The translations under genes and the position numbers were made by a program. Shown here piece after piece: positions 1-9,093 of a stretch of 54,786 nt of DNA (within the stretch, counting starts at the first letter, position 1; each line of letters begins with the position of its first letter). The notes under the pieces were generated by a model. The model ran no database searches and was not told the origin of the DNA. It saw nothing but the letters and a program-made list of their open reading frames with translations. Source of the DNA: a virus (taxonomy: Duplodnaviria > Caudoviricetes); the IMG/VR virus record IMGVR_UViG_3300021960_000004, positions 1 to 54,786 of that record; one strand, 5' to 3'.

Positions 1-125
1 CCATCACTCCAGAAAGAGGAAATTCATGGCAATGTGTGCAGGATCTTTGTGGACTACTTGAACCCTGACATGCGAGAAGATCCAAGCTGGGCTTTGCTGG
101 CCTATACGGTAGAGGATCGGGAAGG
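1..125. repeat. Terminal direct repeat, copy 1 (identical to 54662-54786); most likely circular-assembly overlap
   Basis: ccatcactcc...gatcgggaagg is identical at both window ends; the ORF starting at 54473 reads in frame through it. Confidence 0.95.
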
Positions 126-198
126 GTATCTTGTCCTGCAAGAGGGCTTTGACAATGTGGACAAGCTCGTAATTTTCCTGACAGAGACGATTAATTAG
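1..198 (+). CDS. 3' part of an early hypothetical protein spanning the circular join (starts at 54473, about 128 aa total)
   Basis: Frame 1 open from 1 to TAG at 196-198 (PSLQKEEIHG...FLTETIN*), continuous with ATG 54473. Confidence 0.75.
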   Translation, partial: PSLQKEEIHGNVCRIFVDYLNPDMREDPSWALLAYTVEDREGYLVLQEGFDNVDKLVIFLTETIN

Positions 199-211
199 AG
201 AGGATAAGACC

Positions 212-1264
212 ATGAACGTGTTAAGTTTATTCGATGGGATGTCATGCGGTCAGATTGCACTTGATCAGCTGGGCATCGAAGTGAAAAACTATTTCGCAGC
301 GGAGATTGATAAGTATGCAATCAAGGTGGCTCAGGCCAACTATCCTGACATGATACACCTAGGCGATGTGCGGCATGTGCAAACATCAGGTGACCACTTG
401 ATTGATGACTTTGAGTGCGGCCATAAGATTGACCTTCTGATTGGTGGGTCTCCGTGCCAAGGCTTCAGCTTTGCAGGTAAGCAACTCAACTTTGATGACC
501 CACGCAGTAAGTTATTCTTTGAATATGTCCGACTGCTCAAGGCACTCAAGCCTAAGTATTTCCTGCTTGAAAATGTAAGGATGAAAAAGGAGAGCATGGA
601 CGTTATCACTGAGATGCTAGGTGTGGAGCCTGTGGCAATCAACAGCAACCTAGTGTCAGCACAGAACAGGCACCGACTGTATTGGACGAACATCCCTATG
701 GATGGCATTCCAGAGGATCGTGGCATTGTGTTGTCTGACATCCTAGAGGATGGGCACACCGACAGAGACAAGTCACACTGTATTGATGCAAACTACTTCA
801 AGGGCGGCAACCTCAAGTCATACTTTGAGAAGCACAGGCGACAGCTAGTGTTCAGTGGTGATGGCCTTGCTCATGTAGGCGATGCTGCCGAATACGATCA
901 CTACAAAAACAGTCAGATCAAAAGGGTGTACCACCCTGAAGGTAAGGCACCAACATTACTTGCATCTGCGGGAGGTAATTCAGAGCCTAAGATATTACAA
1001 AAGGGAAGGGGTTGGAACAAGGGAGGTCTCAAAGCTACAGATGGTAAGACACCTACCCTCAGCACTAGCTCATGGGAACACAACAACCACCTGACATATG
1101 ACGAGGGCATGACATGGCGCAAGCTGACACCCTTAGAATGTGAGAGGTTGCAGACTGTACCAGAGGGATACACTGCACACGTTAGTAATACGCAGCGGTA
1201 CCGTATGCTGGGCAATGGTTGGACAGTAGACGTAATCAAACACATCATGAAAGGAATGGCGTAA
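212..1264 (+). CDS. DNA (cytosine-5)-methyltransferase
   Basis: Motif I LSLFDG, catalytic motif IV GGSPCQGFS, motif VI LLENV, motif VIII QNRHRLYW, motifs IX/X LTPLECERLQ and MLGNGW; RBS GAGGA upstream. Confidence 0.95.
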   Translation: MNVLSLFDGMSCGQIALDQLGIEVKNYFAAEIDKYAIKVAQANYPDMIHLGDVRHVQTSGDHLIDDFECGHKIDLLIGGSPCQGFSFAGKQLNFDDPRSKLFFEYVRLLKALKPKYFLLENVRMKKESMDVITEMLGVEPVAINSNLVSAQNRHRLYWTNIPMDGIPEDRGIVLSDILEDGHTDRDKSHCIDANYFKGGNLKSYFEKHRRQLVFSGDGLAHVGDAAEYDHYKNSQIKRVYHPEGKAPTLLASAGGNSEPKILQKGRGWNKGGLKATDGKTPTLSTSSWEHNNHLTYDEGMTWRKLTPLECERLQTVPEGYTAHVSNTQRYRMLGNGWTVDVIKHIMKGMA

Positions 1265-1419
1265 TGGATAGAGAAGTATTCTTTGATTGGCTTGATGCAA
1301 TGGTGTTGTCAGATGACAGCCGTGGGTTGTGGTGGCAAGTCGCACAGGATGACGGTGACGGGTGCATCACAGTAAAGTTTCACAAGGTAGAAGAGGAAGA
1401 GGAAGAGACAAATGGATAA
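1264..1419 (+). CDS. Small acidic hypothetical protein
   Basis: ATG overlaps the MTase stop (TAATG); MDREVFFDWL...EEEEEETNG. Confidence 0.65.
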   Translation: MDREVFFDWLDAMVLSDDSRGLWWQVAQDDGDGCITVKFHKVEEEEEETNG

Positions 1420-1585
1420 GCTAGAACTGTACACGAGTGAACTGTTGATGCTCAAGGATCTACTTGAGGGTGACATGGAGCAAACATCATGGGGTGAGGT
1501 TGAGTATGATGACGTTGAGCTCATGCAATACTATCTTGATCGTGCTAAGGTATTGGTCAAAGTTAAGGAGCTAGTTGGATCATGA
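1412..1585 (+). CDS. Small acidic hypothetical protein (57 aa, not in ORF track)
   Basis: MDKLELYTSELLMLKDLLEG...KELVGS*; purine-rich RBS; stop overlaps next ATG (ATGA). Confidence 0.7.
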   Translation: MDKLELYTSELLMLKDLLEGDMEQTSWGEVEYDDVELMQYYLDRAKVLVKVKELVGS

Positions 1586-1833
1586 AAAAGAACTATCGCA
1601 CAGCATATAACCAACTCAAGAAGCTAGGCGTGACAGTCTATGAGGATGACGATGGCTTCCGTATATCAGGGGAGGACAACTATCCAGAGGTGTGGGCCGA
1701 CTACTACTGTGAGTTTGGCGGCACTGTCTTGGATGACTTTGGGGTCAACCACAAGATCAACGCCATCTTAGAAAAGCAAGGACTGTTTGCAGAGTGGGAG
1801 AACACTGGCGTCCTAGGCGTTGCAGAATTATAA
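1582..1833 (+). CDS. Hypothetical early protein
   Basis: AAGGAG RBS, coupled start, 83 aa. Confidence 0.75.
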   Translation: MKKNYRTAYNQLKKLGVTVYEDDDGFRISGEDNYPEVWADYYCEFGGTVLDDFGVNHKINAILEKQGLFAEWENTGVLGVAEL

Positions 1834-1851
1834 TCTAAATGGAGAAGACAC

Positions 1852-2130
1852 ATGACTAAGAAGACAATCAAAACAGAACTGACCCGTGATGAAGTACGCA
1901 TACTACTCGAAGTCTACAACTGTATGGACAGCATGGTAGATGACACAATGGAGATGATGGATGTCCGAATGTCACAACTAAGTGACCTGCGAGATAAGGC
2001 GTACACACTGAAACATATGTTTGACTTCCGTCCGACTGTAAATGATGACGGCAACCCTAACCACTGGAAGCCATGCGTATTGCCTGACGATCCTACAGCT
2101 TGGTACTATGACAATGGGGAGACAGAGTAA
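1852..2130 (+). CDS. Hypothetical early protein
   Basis: GGAG RBS, 92 aa, co-oriented with neighbours. Confidence 0.75.
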   Translation: MTKKTIKTELTRDEVRILLEVYNCMDSMVDDTMEMMDVRMSQLSDLRDKAYTLKHMFDFRPTVNDDGNPNHWKPCVLPDDPTAWYYDNGETE

Positions 2131-2498
2131 TGCGAGTAGAATTGAGATCAGTACTTCACGATGACCTGATGTCAGACTGTGGCAACTGCTACCAAGCGGA
2201 GGTCTACCTAAATGATAGGCCTTTCGCTCACCTACAAAACGATGGCACAGGCGAGGAGACAGACATCAAACCACACCATCTATTCCAAGGGACACGGAAG
2301 CAATGGCAGTACTGGAGAGAGGCCATCAACAAACACCTGTCAGTTACGTCAGAGGAGGCAGTCCTGGACAGCAGCTATGGGTGGGAAGACTCCCTACTAA
2401 GTTGGGCTGATGGTGTGCTAAAAAAGCAACACCCTTGGGTCGCTGCGAGTACGTCCTCTATGGAGCAGAGAGACTTCAAGTTATTCATGTTAAAGTAA
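2130..2498 (+). CDS. Hypothetical early protein
   Basis: TAATG coupling, GGGAG RBS, 122 aa. Confidence 0.7.
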   Translation: MRVELRSVLHDDLMSDCGNCYQAEVYLNDRPFAHLQNDGTGEETDIKPHHLFQGTRKQWQYWREAINKHLSVTSEEAVLDSSYGWEDSLLSWADGVLKKQHPWVAASTSSMEQRDFKLFMLK

Positions 2499-2648
2499 GA
2501 GTAACACAGGTATAACAGTAGGCTATCATGCTTACTTAAAGTGAAGGGTTAGGTCTTAAATGCCTACATATGAGTTGATAGCAATAGGTACCACAGTAGT
2601 GTTCTGGTGTGTGGTCTACCTAATCTATAAAAAAGATGAATAGGGTAC

Positions 2649-2676
2649 TTGAAATACAGAAGGAGGTACCTACGTT
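2649..2676 (+). promoter_or_regulatory. Putative sigma70-type promoter
   Basis: TTGAAA-N16-TACGTT in an AT-rich intergenic region, followed by TACTGTTAGT repeats. Confidence 0.45.
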
Positions 2677-2678
2677 AA

Positions 2679-2770
2679 TACTGTTAGTAGTACTGTTAGT
2701 ATTACCCTTGGTATTTATTTCTTTTATAGAAAATAATACTTATAGATACTAACAGTATATACTAATAGTA
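2679..2770. repeat. AT-rich inverted repeat built from TACTGTTAGT / ACTAACAGTA units
   Basis: TACTGTTAGT at 2679 and 2691; ACTAACAGTA at 2748 and ACTAATAGTA at 2761. Confidence 0.75.
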
Positions 2771-2811
2771 CATCTACTACTGGTCTGCATTTAATTAAAA
2801 GGATAAAAGCA

Positions 2812-2976
2812 ATGGCAGACGATAAGAAAGACGAAGAGTTACCACTAACAGAGTACGATGATGTCACTCATTGGGTGGGTAAGATGGAGAAAGACAATGA
2901 ACAAAAGACTGGTACTTCTGGACAGACACATAGCGAACCTACAAAAGGAAAGGGACGACCTAGAGTGGGAGGGTGA
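2812..2976 (+). CDS. Small hypothetical protein (54 aa, not in ORF track)
   Basis: AAGGA RBS; MADDKKDEELPLTEYDDVTHWVGK...; overlaps next ORF. Confidence 0.5.
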   Translation: MADDKKDEELPLTEYDDVTHWVGKMEKDNEQKTGTSGQTHSEPTKGKGRPRVGG

Positions 2977-3064
2977 GTACTCTCGATCAGACTTCCTTCA
3001 AAAACTTATTGACGATGCAATTCAAATGAGAGATAAGGGTGACACTCACTACCCCTTGTTCTAA
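2897..3064 (+). CDS. Small hypothetical protein
   Basis: GGAG RBS before ATG 2897; MNKRLVLLDRHIANLQKERDDLEWEG...YPLF. Confidence 0.7.
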   Translation: MNKRLVLLDRHIANLQKERDDLEWEGEYSRSDFLQKLIDDAIQMRDKGDTHYPLF

Positions 3065-3069
3065 AGATA

Positions 3070-3146
3070 CCACCCTTAGCTCAACTGGATAGAGCAAATG
3101 CCTTCTAAGCATTAGGTTGCAGGTTCGAGTCCTGCAGGGTGGGCCA
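3070..3146 (+). tRNA. trnR: tRNA-Arg (anticodon UCU)
   Basis: Acceptor CCACCCT/AGGGTGG, D-arm GCTC..GAGC, anticodon stem AATGC/GCATT with loop CT-TCT-AA, T-arm GCAGG-TTCGAGT-CCTGC, encoded CCA end. Confidence 0.96.
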
Positions 3147-3166
3147 AACAAAAAAGGATACACACT

Positions 3167-3379
3167 TTGGAAACACTTGACATCATTCTTCTAGGCTACG
3201 GGGTTATCCTTGCTTACTTGGTTTGGGAGAACATTCAGTTACGAAACAACGTGGAAGAGAATTCTGGATTAATTGACGAGCTAATTGCTAAGCACAATCT
3301 TTTGGGCGATGAATTTGGAGAATTTTTGGACATGATCGAGGACGGTCTAAAAGCAAGGGAGGAGAAGAACAATGGTTAA
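3167..3379 (+). CDS. Hypothetical membrane-anchored protein
   Basis: TTG start after AAGGA; N-terminal hydrophobic segment then a coiled-coil-like acidic tail. Confidence 0.65.
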   Translation: METLDIILLGYGVILAYLVWENIQLRNNVEENSGLIDELIAKHNLLGDEFGEFLDMIEDGLKAREEKNNG

Positions 3380-3554
3380 TACTTGGTTGTTGATATGGTT
3401 TGTCTTTGTACCTGAGTTAGGCATAAAATACTATCACTTAGGTACATACGAGAACGAGACCTTCTGCGGTACTGCTCTCAGAGATGCAGCGGTAATGGTC
3501 AACGATAAGAATGAAACAGTAGAATGTATTGGGATACAGGTAGATGTTAGGTAA
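3372..3554 (+). CDS. Hypothetical protein
   Basis: GGAG RBS; hydrophobic N-terminus, two Cys. Confidence 0.65.
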   Translation: MVNTWLLIWFVFVPELGIKYYHLGTYENETFCGTALRDAAVMVNDKNETVECIGIQVDVR

Positions 3555-3819
3555 GTACGATAAAGGGGAGTATACCAAAGGTGAGAAGGTTATTAAGAAA
3601 CGTAAGCTTGGTCTGATTTTCTTTAAGCCTAATGGAAGGTCTGCGTACATGATAACTAAAAGGCTACAAATATTGGATGTTCCAAACAATAAAGTTAGTA
3701 GTGATTGGTTTGCTAAGACTTTAAACACTGTAGGCTACCAATCGCAGGTCGAATACTATCAGGACACCTTTGGTTGGAAAGTAGAGGGTAAAATATTGGA
3801 GGCAATAAAGAATGATTGA
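3544..3819 (+). CDS. Hypothetical protein
   Basis: Overlaps both neighbours in operon fashion, 91 aa. Confidence 0.6.
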   Translation: MLGKYDKGEYTKGEKVIKKRKLGLIFFKPNGRSAYMITKRLQILDVPNNKVSSDWFAKTLNTVGYQSQVEYYQDTFGWKVEGKILEAIKND

Positions 3820-4504
3820 AGTAACATATATTGACCATATGGGTACAGACTTGACGGTAGCTAACGCTGCACGGGTATCCTTTGGTAAGGTGAGTGAGAT
3901 GGAGGACGATCCTTGGGGACCACCTAAGCTCAAGGAGAAAGACGATAAGCTGATCCGCTATCTTGCCAAGCACAAGCACATCAGTCCATTCGGTCACTGC
4001 TTTGCTAGCTTTCACATCAAGGCTCCTGTGTTTGTAGCACGGCAGCTAGTTAAGCATAAGTTCTTGAGATGGAACGAAATATCTAGGCGCTATGTGGATG
4101 AAGACCCTGAGATTTATGAACCTGATGTATGGAGAGGGCGTAGTAAAGACAAAAAGCAGGGAAGCTATGGTGATGTCACTGATTACGCAATGAACTTTGT
4201 TTGGTGGGACGATTATAAATTAGGTGACCAGATAGAGTTTTATAAAAAAGGTGTCGTGGCTATGTACAAAAGAATGATAGAGATAGGCATAGCACCGGAG
4301 CAAGCACGTATGGTACTACCACAAAGCACTATGACTGAGTGGTACTGGAGTGGTAGCCTTGATGCCTTCGCTGACATGTGTAACCTACGCTGCAAGTCTG
4401 ACACTCAGGCAGAGACACGGCAGGTAGCACAACAGATTGACCGCAAGATGATTGAGTTATTCCCTGTAGCATGGGACGCACTAACGGAGGATGACGATGA
4501 CTAA
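3812..4504 (+). CDS. thyX: FAD-dependent thymidylate synthase ThyX
   Basis: AARVS, H.SPF.H, RQLVKH...NEISRRY signature, [12 protein letters not shown]...Q.E.R. Confidence 0.95.
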   Translation: MIEVTYIDHMGTDLTVANAARVSFGKVSEMEDDPWGPPKLKEKDDKLIRYLAKHKHISPFGHCFASFHIKAPVFVARQLVKHKFLRWNEISRRYVDEDPEIYEPDVWRGRSKDKKQGSYGDVTDYAMNFVWWDDYKLGDQIEFYKKGVVAMYKRMIEIGIAPEQARMVLPQSTMTEWYWSGSLDAFADMCNLRCKSDTQAETRQVAQQIDRKMIELFPVAWDALTEDDDD

Positions 4505-4703
4505 GATGTATGAATTAGAGCCTATGATCTTAGACTGTTGGCGTGTGTGCAATGACCTTGAGGTTGTCTTCAAACAGGTGGGTGACGGTGAACATACTGA
4601 GGATGAACTGATGAACGCCTTGATAGGTATGCAGCAGCTTTACGAGTGGAAGTTTGAACAGCTGTTTAACAAATATGAGGAGACACTCCGTGATAAAGAG
4701 TGA
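4497..4703 (+). CDS. Hypothetical protein
   Basis: GGAGG RBS; LEPMILDCW...YEWKFEQLF; start could be 4491. Confidence 0.7.
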   Translation: MTKMYELEPMILDCWRVCNDLEVVFKQVGDGEHTEDELMNALIGMQQLYEWKFEQLFNKYEETLRDKE

Positions 4704-5001
4704 ATGGAATCGTCTAATAAAAGAACGTGAAGACTTTAAGGAGAGTGTATTGGCAGAACATACATCAGACATCGTAAATGAACCTAAGCACTATGCACGG
4801 TGGGCTATTGAACCCATCACATACATCATGCGTAATGGTTTTGAGTTCTGGCGAGGCAACATCGTTAAGTACGCTAGCCGTGCAGGCTACAAGATGTACG
4901 AGGGTAAGACGCAGGTTGAGAGTGAGATCATTGACTTGGAAAAAGTTATCAGGTACTCACAGATGCGCATCAATCAACTTAATGGCGAGGAGAAACTCTA
5001 G
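4690..5001 (+). CDS. DUF3310 (SaV-like) family protein
   Basis: DIVNEPKHY...IEPITYI...[12 protein letters not shown]...DLEK pattern; GTG start after GAGGAG. Confidence 0.8.
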   Translation: MIKSEWNRLIKEREDFKESVLAEHTSDIVNEPKHYARWAIEPITYIMRNGFEFWRGNIVKYASRAGYKMYEGKTQVESEIIDLEKVIRYSQMRINQLNGEEKL

Positions 5002-5053
5002 TGAATATCTTACTATCCATTCTTCTTGTCCTTGTTTTATTCTAGGAGGCGGT

Positions 5054-5287
5054 ATGTTTACAGTTGAGTTTGAACCGGACGCAGCAATCATTCAAAGCCT
5101 TGATGAAACAGGGAACATGAATGACGTTGAGATGATTATAGCGGAGGAAGGTGTTGTGTATATACGACAGTGGGATGATAGTTTAGAGAAGTACGAGATG
5201 CTTGTCATGACATACCAACAGCTTCTTGATATAATACTTTCTCTAAAGCAGACAGAAGGTCTTTTCCAAATAGTACCAAGAGGATAA
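5054..5287 (+). CDS. Hypothetical protein
   Basis: AGGAGG RBS before ATG 5054; MFTVEFE...VYIRQWD. Confidence 0.75.
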   Translation: MFTVEFEPDAAIIQSLDETGNMNDVEMIIAEEGVVYIRQWDDSLEKYEMLVMTYQQLLDIILSLKQTEGLFQIVPRG

Positions 5288-5291
5288 AGAG

Positions 5292-5468
5292 ATGGATAAC
5301 ACAGACACACAACAGTTAGACCACTACATGCGGGAGAATAACCTGTCAAAGGAGGACGTTCTTCTCATAGTTCAACGTCATGTGAATGACTTACAGTTCG
5401 AGAGAGACTTGGACGAAGCTTACAACAAAGACGAGTGGGATGACTGGTCAGAAGGAGACATGGTATGA
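5292..5468 (+). CDS. Small acidic hypothetical protein (58 aa, not in ORF track)
   Basis: MDNTDTQQLDHY...WSEGDMV*; stop overlaps primase ATG. Confidence 0.65.
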   Translation: MDNTDTQQLDHYMRENNLSKEDVLLIVQRHVNDLQFERDLDEAYNKDEWDDWSEGDMV

Positions 5469-7087
5469 TAGCCTCAGAAGAAAAGAAGTTTGATGTGGAA
5501 AGAGTTGCGTGTCCCTACGTGGATTGTGGTAGCTCAGACGGGTTCTACTACAGTTCAGTAACTAAGTCAGGTTTTTGCCACGTGTGCGACAGTAAGACAG
5601 GTAAGCCTGGTAAGTACCCACGCCCTAACTTTAGGAGTGATATTGCTGATTGGGCAGAGGAGGCTTATCCAGTGAACACAATGAAACCACCAGTACACAC
5701 AAGGCAGATAGCTTCAGCAACATTCAACGGCATACGGGGTATTGATCCTGACGTTTGTAAACTCTTTAAGATCCAGCTTCAACTGGACAGTGAGGGTGAC
5801 GAGGTTAGGTACGCATTTAAGTACCCATCAAATGTAAAGTACAGAGGCTTTGAGGAGAAGAAGTTCTGGACTGAGGAGAAGGGTGCCTTACAGGATCTCT
5901 TTGGCCCAGACTTTAACGCTGGCTCTAGTAAACGTCTTTACCTTACAGAAGGTGAGTTTGATGCTGCATCTTTATATCAAGCCCTAGGTAAGAGTTTCCC
6001 AGTTAAGTCGATACCATCTGCCTCACTGTCTGATAAGTTTATCAAGCGTAACTTTGACTACCTCAACTCATTCCAAGAGATTGTCTACGCTGGTGAACAG
6101 GACGATGCAGGTAAGGGTGCAGCGACTAGGCTCTATGAGTTATTCCCTGAGAAGTTTTACTATGTCCCTTTGACTAAGCACAAAGATGCTAATGACTTTA
6201 TACTAGCAGGTGACCAAGACGATCTGAAGTGGGCTGCGGTTAAGCCTCAGCGGTTTTCCCCAGATAACTTCTTTGTGGGTGACGTTGAAGTAGAGAAAGC
6301 TATCAGGACTGAGAACCCCTACGAGTACGTAGCTACTGGTCACACTGCACTAGACGATAAGATCAGAGGGTTAGTGAAGGGTGGTCTCACCTTCATTAAA
6401 GCTTTACGTGGTCAAGGTAAGACTGAGTTGATTAGGTACTTTGAGATAGGGCTCCTAAAGTCAGAGGCTAAGATAGCCTTGCTACACATGGAGGAGATGA
6501 AGTCTACAACGTACCGTGCCATGGCTACGTATGAGCTAGGTTGTAATGTCCGTACAAAGGAAGACGCTGCAGAGAATGGCGTTAGTGAGGACGATGTGGT
6601 CTTGTCTGCTAAGATAGCTGCACGAGATGATCAAACCATTATCTTTGAGATGCAAGCTCACGATGACCCAATGAAGCTTCTTGATTATGTTCGACTGGCT
6701 GCTACGGTTTACGGCGCTAGTTTTATTTTCATAGACCATGTCCAACGCCTAGCCTACCTGTCAAATGCAGGGGTGGAGGGTGCAACCAGTACTCTTACAA
6801 CCTTGGGTGCACGTATGGCTCAGCTTGCTAAGGAACTGAATATAGGTGTGGTCTTTATCTCTCAGGTTAATGACGATGGCCGTACCAAGTATGCTGCCTC
6901 CCTTGAGGAAGAAGCTATCATGTGTATCAAACTCAACCGTGACACTGAAGCAGAGGACGAGTCAGAAAGAAACACTACTTACTTTATTGTTGACAAGAAC
7001 AGACCATTCGCTAAGTTAGGTAATGCAGGGTCCGTCTACTATGATCCCGACACAACACTACTAGAGGAGGTTTCATTCAACGTATGA
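5465..7087 (+). CDS. T7 gp4-like DNA primase-helicase
   Basis: N-terminal Zn-binding CPYVDC...CHVC, TOPRIM EGEFDA and KDAND, DnaB-like Walker A ALRGQGKT, Walker B FIFIDH, KNR arginine-finger region. Confidence 0.93.
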   Translation: MIASEEKKFDVERVACPYVDCGSSDGFYYSSVTKSGFCHVCDSKTGKPGKYPRPNFRSDIADWAEEAYPVNTMKPPVHTRQIASATFNGIRGIDPDVCKLFKIQLQLDSEGDEVRYAFKYPSNVKYRGFEEKKFWTEEKGALQDLFGPDFNAGSSKRLYLTEGEFDAASLYQALGKSFPVKSIPSASLSDKFIKRNFDYLNSFQEIVYAGEQDDAGKGAATRLYELFPEKFYYVPLTKHKDANDFILAGDQDDLKWAAVKPQRFSPDNFFVGDVEVEKAIRTENPYEYVATGHTALDDKIRGLVKGGLTFIKALRGQGKTELIRYFEIGLLKSEAKIALLHMEEMKSTTYRAMATYELGCNVRTKEDAAENGVSEDDVVLSAKIAARDDQTIIFEMQAHDDPMKLLDYVRLAATVYGASFIFIDHVQRLAYLSNAGVEGATSTLTTLGARMAQLAKELNIGVVFISQVNDDGRTKYAASLEEEAIMCIKLNRDTEAEDESERNTTYFIVDKNRPFAKLGNAGSVYYDPDTTLLEEVSFNV

Positions 7088-9045
7088 GAGTCGTAGTCAG
7101 TGACATAGAAACAGAAGGTCTCAACAACTGCCAAAAGCTTTGGATCTGTGGTGGTCAGGACATTAAGACAGGTGAGGTTACCCGCTTTGATAACTGTCAT
7201 GAAGATCCTGTAGCTAAGGCTGAGGCAATCAAGTGGTACGAGTCTGCTGACCTGATCATTGGTCACAACTTCCTTTCCTTTGACGCTGTGCAGCTTAACA
7301 GTTTACTTAAGCCTAGACTAATTGACCCAAAGAAAATCATAGACACTCTAATCATAAGCAGACTGGTAAACTACGATATACAAATACCTAAGGGCGCTAA
7401 GAATCGTCACAGCTTACAGGCTTGGGGTATCCGCCTAGGCAACTACAAAGGAGAACATAATGACTGGACTAAATTCAGTGAAGAAATGGTTGAGTACTGG
7501 TATCAAGACATCGAGGTTTCACATGCTTTGTACGAACACTTCTCTAGTGTTATTCGGAATCCTGATTGGAGTAAGTCTCTAAGGGCTGAGCATGACCTGC
7601 AGACTGAGTTAGTAAGAACAAAGTACTACGGCTTTGCATTTGATAAGCCTAAGGCAGAGATGCTTCTAAGTTCTATTCAGACTAAGCTTGCTGAGCTAAC
7701 GGATCAGTTTCGGGTAGACTTCACGCCTAAGTTAAACTTGGTAAACACAATTAAGTATCGCCTAAAGGAAGACGGGGAGGAGATGGCTACAGTCAAGAAA
7801 GCCAAGGAACGTTATGCCCTTACTGATCGTGTGGGTGACGACTTGCTCTGCTATGACTGGGTACACTTTAAGCCTTCGTCATCTAAGGATCGTGCTGATG
7901 CGCTGTGGGATGCTGGATGGACTCCAGTTGATAAGAGCAAGACCTTCAACAACTTCAGCCGACTGTCTGTTGGAGATCCTTATGGCAAGACTGTACCTTC
8001 AATGTCTAAGGAGTTCTACAATGAGAAGAAGAAACACTTTGAGAGGTATGGTTGGTCTGTGTCTGAGGATAATCTCACCACCCTGCCTGAGGATGCACCT
8101 GAAGGGGCGAAGACTTTAGCTAAATGGCTCACACTGGAGGGACGTAGAAGCTCACTCGTTGAGTGGTTAGGTCAGGTTGGTACTGACGGTAGGATACATG
8201 GTACCATCAACAACATAGGTGCTTGGACAGGCAGGTGCTCACATAACAACCCTAACACTGCTAACATACCTTCAGTCTTTCATGGAGAACCTAAGACAGC
8301 TGTGGAAGAGGTAAAGAAACAGTACGACTCACACCTTCGTGCTTGCTGGACAACCCCCAGTGGATCTTTCCTAGTAGGTACGGACGCAGACGGTATTCAA
8401 CTACGGGTACTTGCAGATTATTTATGGAGATACTTTGATGCTGACCAGTATGCTAGAGCTATCATGGAGGGTAAGAAGGAAGACGAGACAGACATTCACA
8501 ATGTTAACAAACGTGCACTGGGACTTGACCATGCTACTAGGGATATGGCAAAGACTTTTATCTATGCTTGGTTACTAGGGGCGGGTGTAGCTAAGACCGC
8601 CCAGATACTTAAGGTAAGTCAGCCCAAGGCAGTTGAGGCTAGAGATAACTTCGTTAAGTCTATCGACGGTCTAGCTAAACTGAAGAACAAACTGATACCC
8701 GCAGTGGGTGAGCAGGGATACTTTACTGGGTACGATGGCCGAAAGGTACTTGTACCTTCAACACACAAGGCACTTGCAGGTATGCTGCAGAACGCTGAAA
8801 GTATCTTAATGAAGTACACACTACTACGCTGGACTTCTGAGGCTAGGAAGCTAGGTATAAACTTTAAGCTTGTTGGCTTCATTCATGACGAGTATCAGAC
8901 AGAGGTGATAGGAACAAAGGAAGAAGCAGAAGAACTAGGAAAGCTTCAAGCAGACTGTATGCTTGAGGTAGGAAAAGAACTGGGGTTTAAAATACCTACC
9001 CCTGGATCTTATGATGTAGGAAAAAACTGGCTTGACACCCATTAA
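7084..9045 (+). CDS. polA: Family A DNA polymerase with 3'-5' exonuclease
   Basis: ExoI DIET, ExoII GHN...FD, ExoIII Y..QD; TGR, motif A D...I.LR, motif B RDMAKTFIY (Tyr at the 762-equivalent position as in T7), motif C IHDE. Confidence 0.96.
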   Translation: MRVVVSDIETEGLNNCQKLWICGGQDIKTGEVTRFDNCHEDPVAKAEAIKWYESADLIIGHNFLSFDAVQLNSLLKPRLIDPKKIIDTLIISRLVNYDIQIPKGAKNRHSLQAWGIRLGNYKGEHNDWTKFSEEMVEYWYQDIEVSHALYEHFSSVIRNPDWSKSLRAEHDLQTELVRTKYYGFAFDKPKAEMLLSSIQTKLAELTDQFRVDFTPKLNLVNTIKYRLKEDGEEMATVKKAKERYALTDRVGDDLLCYDWVHFKPSSSKDRADALWDAGWTPVDKSKTFNNFSRLSVGDPYGKTVPSMSKEFYNEKKKHFERYGWSVSEDNLTTLPEDAPEGAKTLAKWLTLEGRRSSLVEWLGQVGTDGRIHGTINNIGAWTGRCSHNNPNTANIPSVFHGEPKTAVEEVKKQYDSHLRACWTTPSGSFLVGTDADGIQLRVLADYLWRYFDADQYARAIMEGKKEDETDIHNVNKRALGLDHATRDMAKTFIYAWLLGAGVAKTAQILKVSQPKAVEARDNFVKSIDGLAKLKNKLIPAVGEQGYFTGYDGRKVLVPSTHKALAGMLQNAESILMKYTLLRWTSEARKLGINFKLVGFIHDEYQTEVIGTKEEAEELGKLQADCMLEVGKELGFKIPTPGSYDVGKNWLDTH

Positions 9046-9061
9046 AGTCCTATGCTAAAAC
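9032..9061 (+). promoter_or_regulatory. Possible promoter for SSB
   Basis: TTGACA-N18-TAAAAC with TG extended -10. Confidence 0.35.
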
Positions 9062-9093
9062 GAATCAATATGAAACTCAATGAGGATAACAAC

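Noticed and set aside
1-125. 125-bp end repeat as the biological direct terminal repeat
   Set aside because: It falls in the middle of an ORF that reads through the join and its length is typical of an assembler overlap; the likely real end is near 52.9 kb
3070-3146. tRNA as an attP site of a temperate phage
   Set aside because: No integrase or repressor recognisable; the tRNA is complete with its own upstream promoter region
4778-5053. N-terminal extension of the 169-aa ORF 4778-5287
   Set aside because: Overlaps the DUF3310 gene in another frame; strong AGGAGG RBS supports the start at 5054
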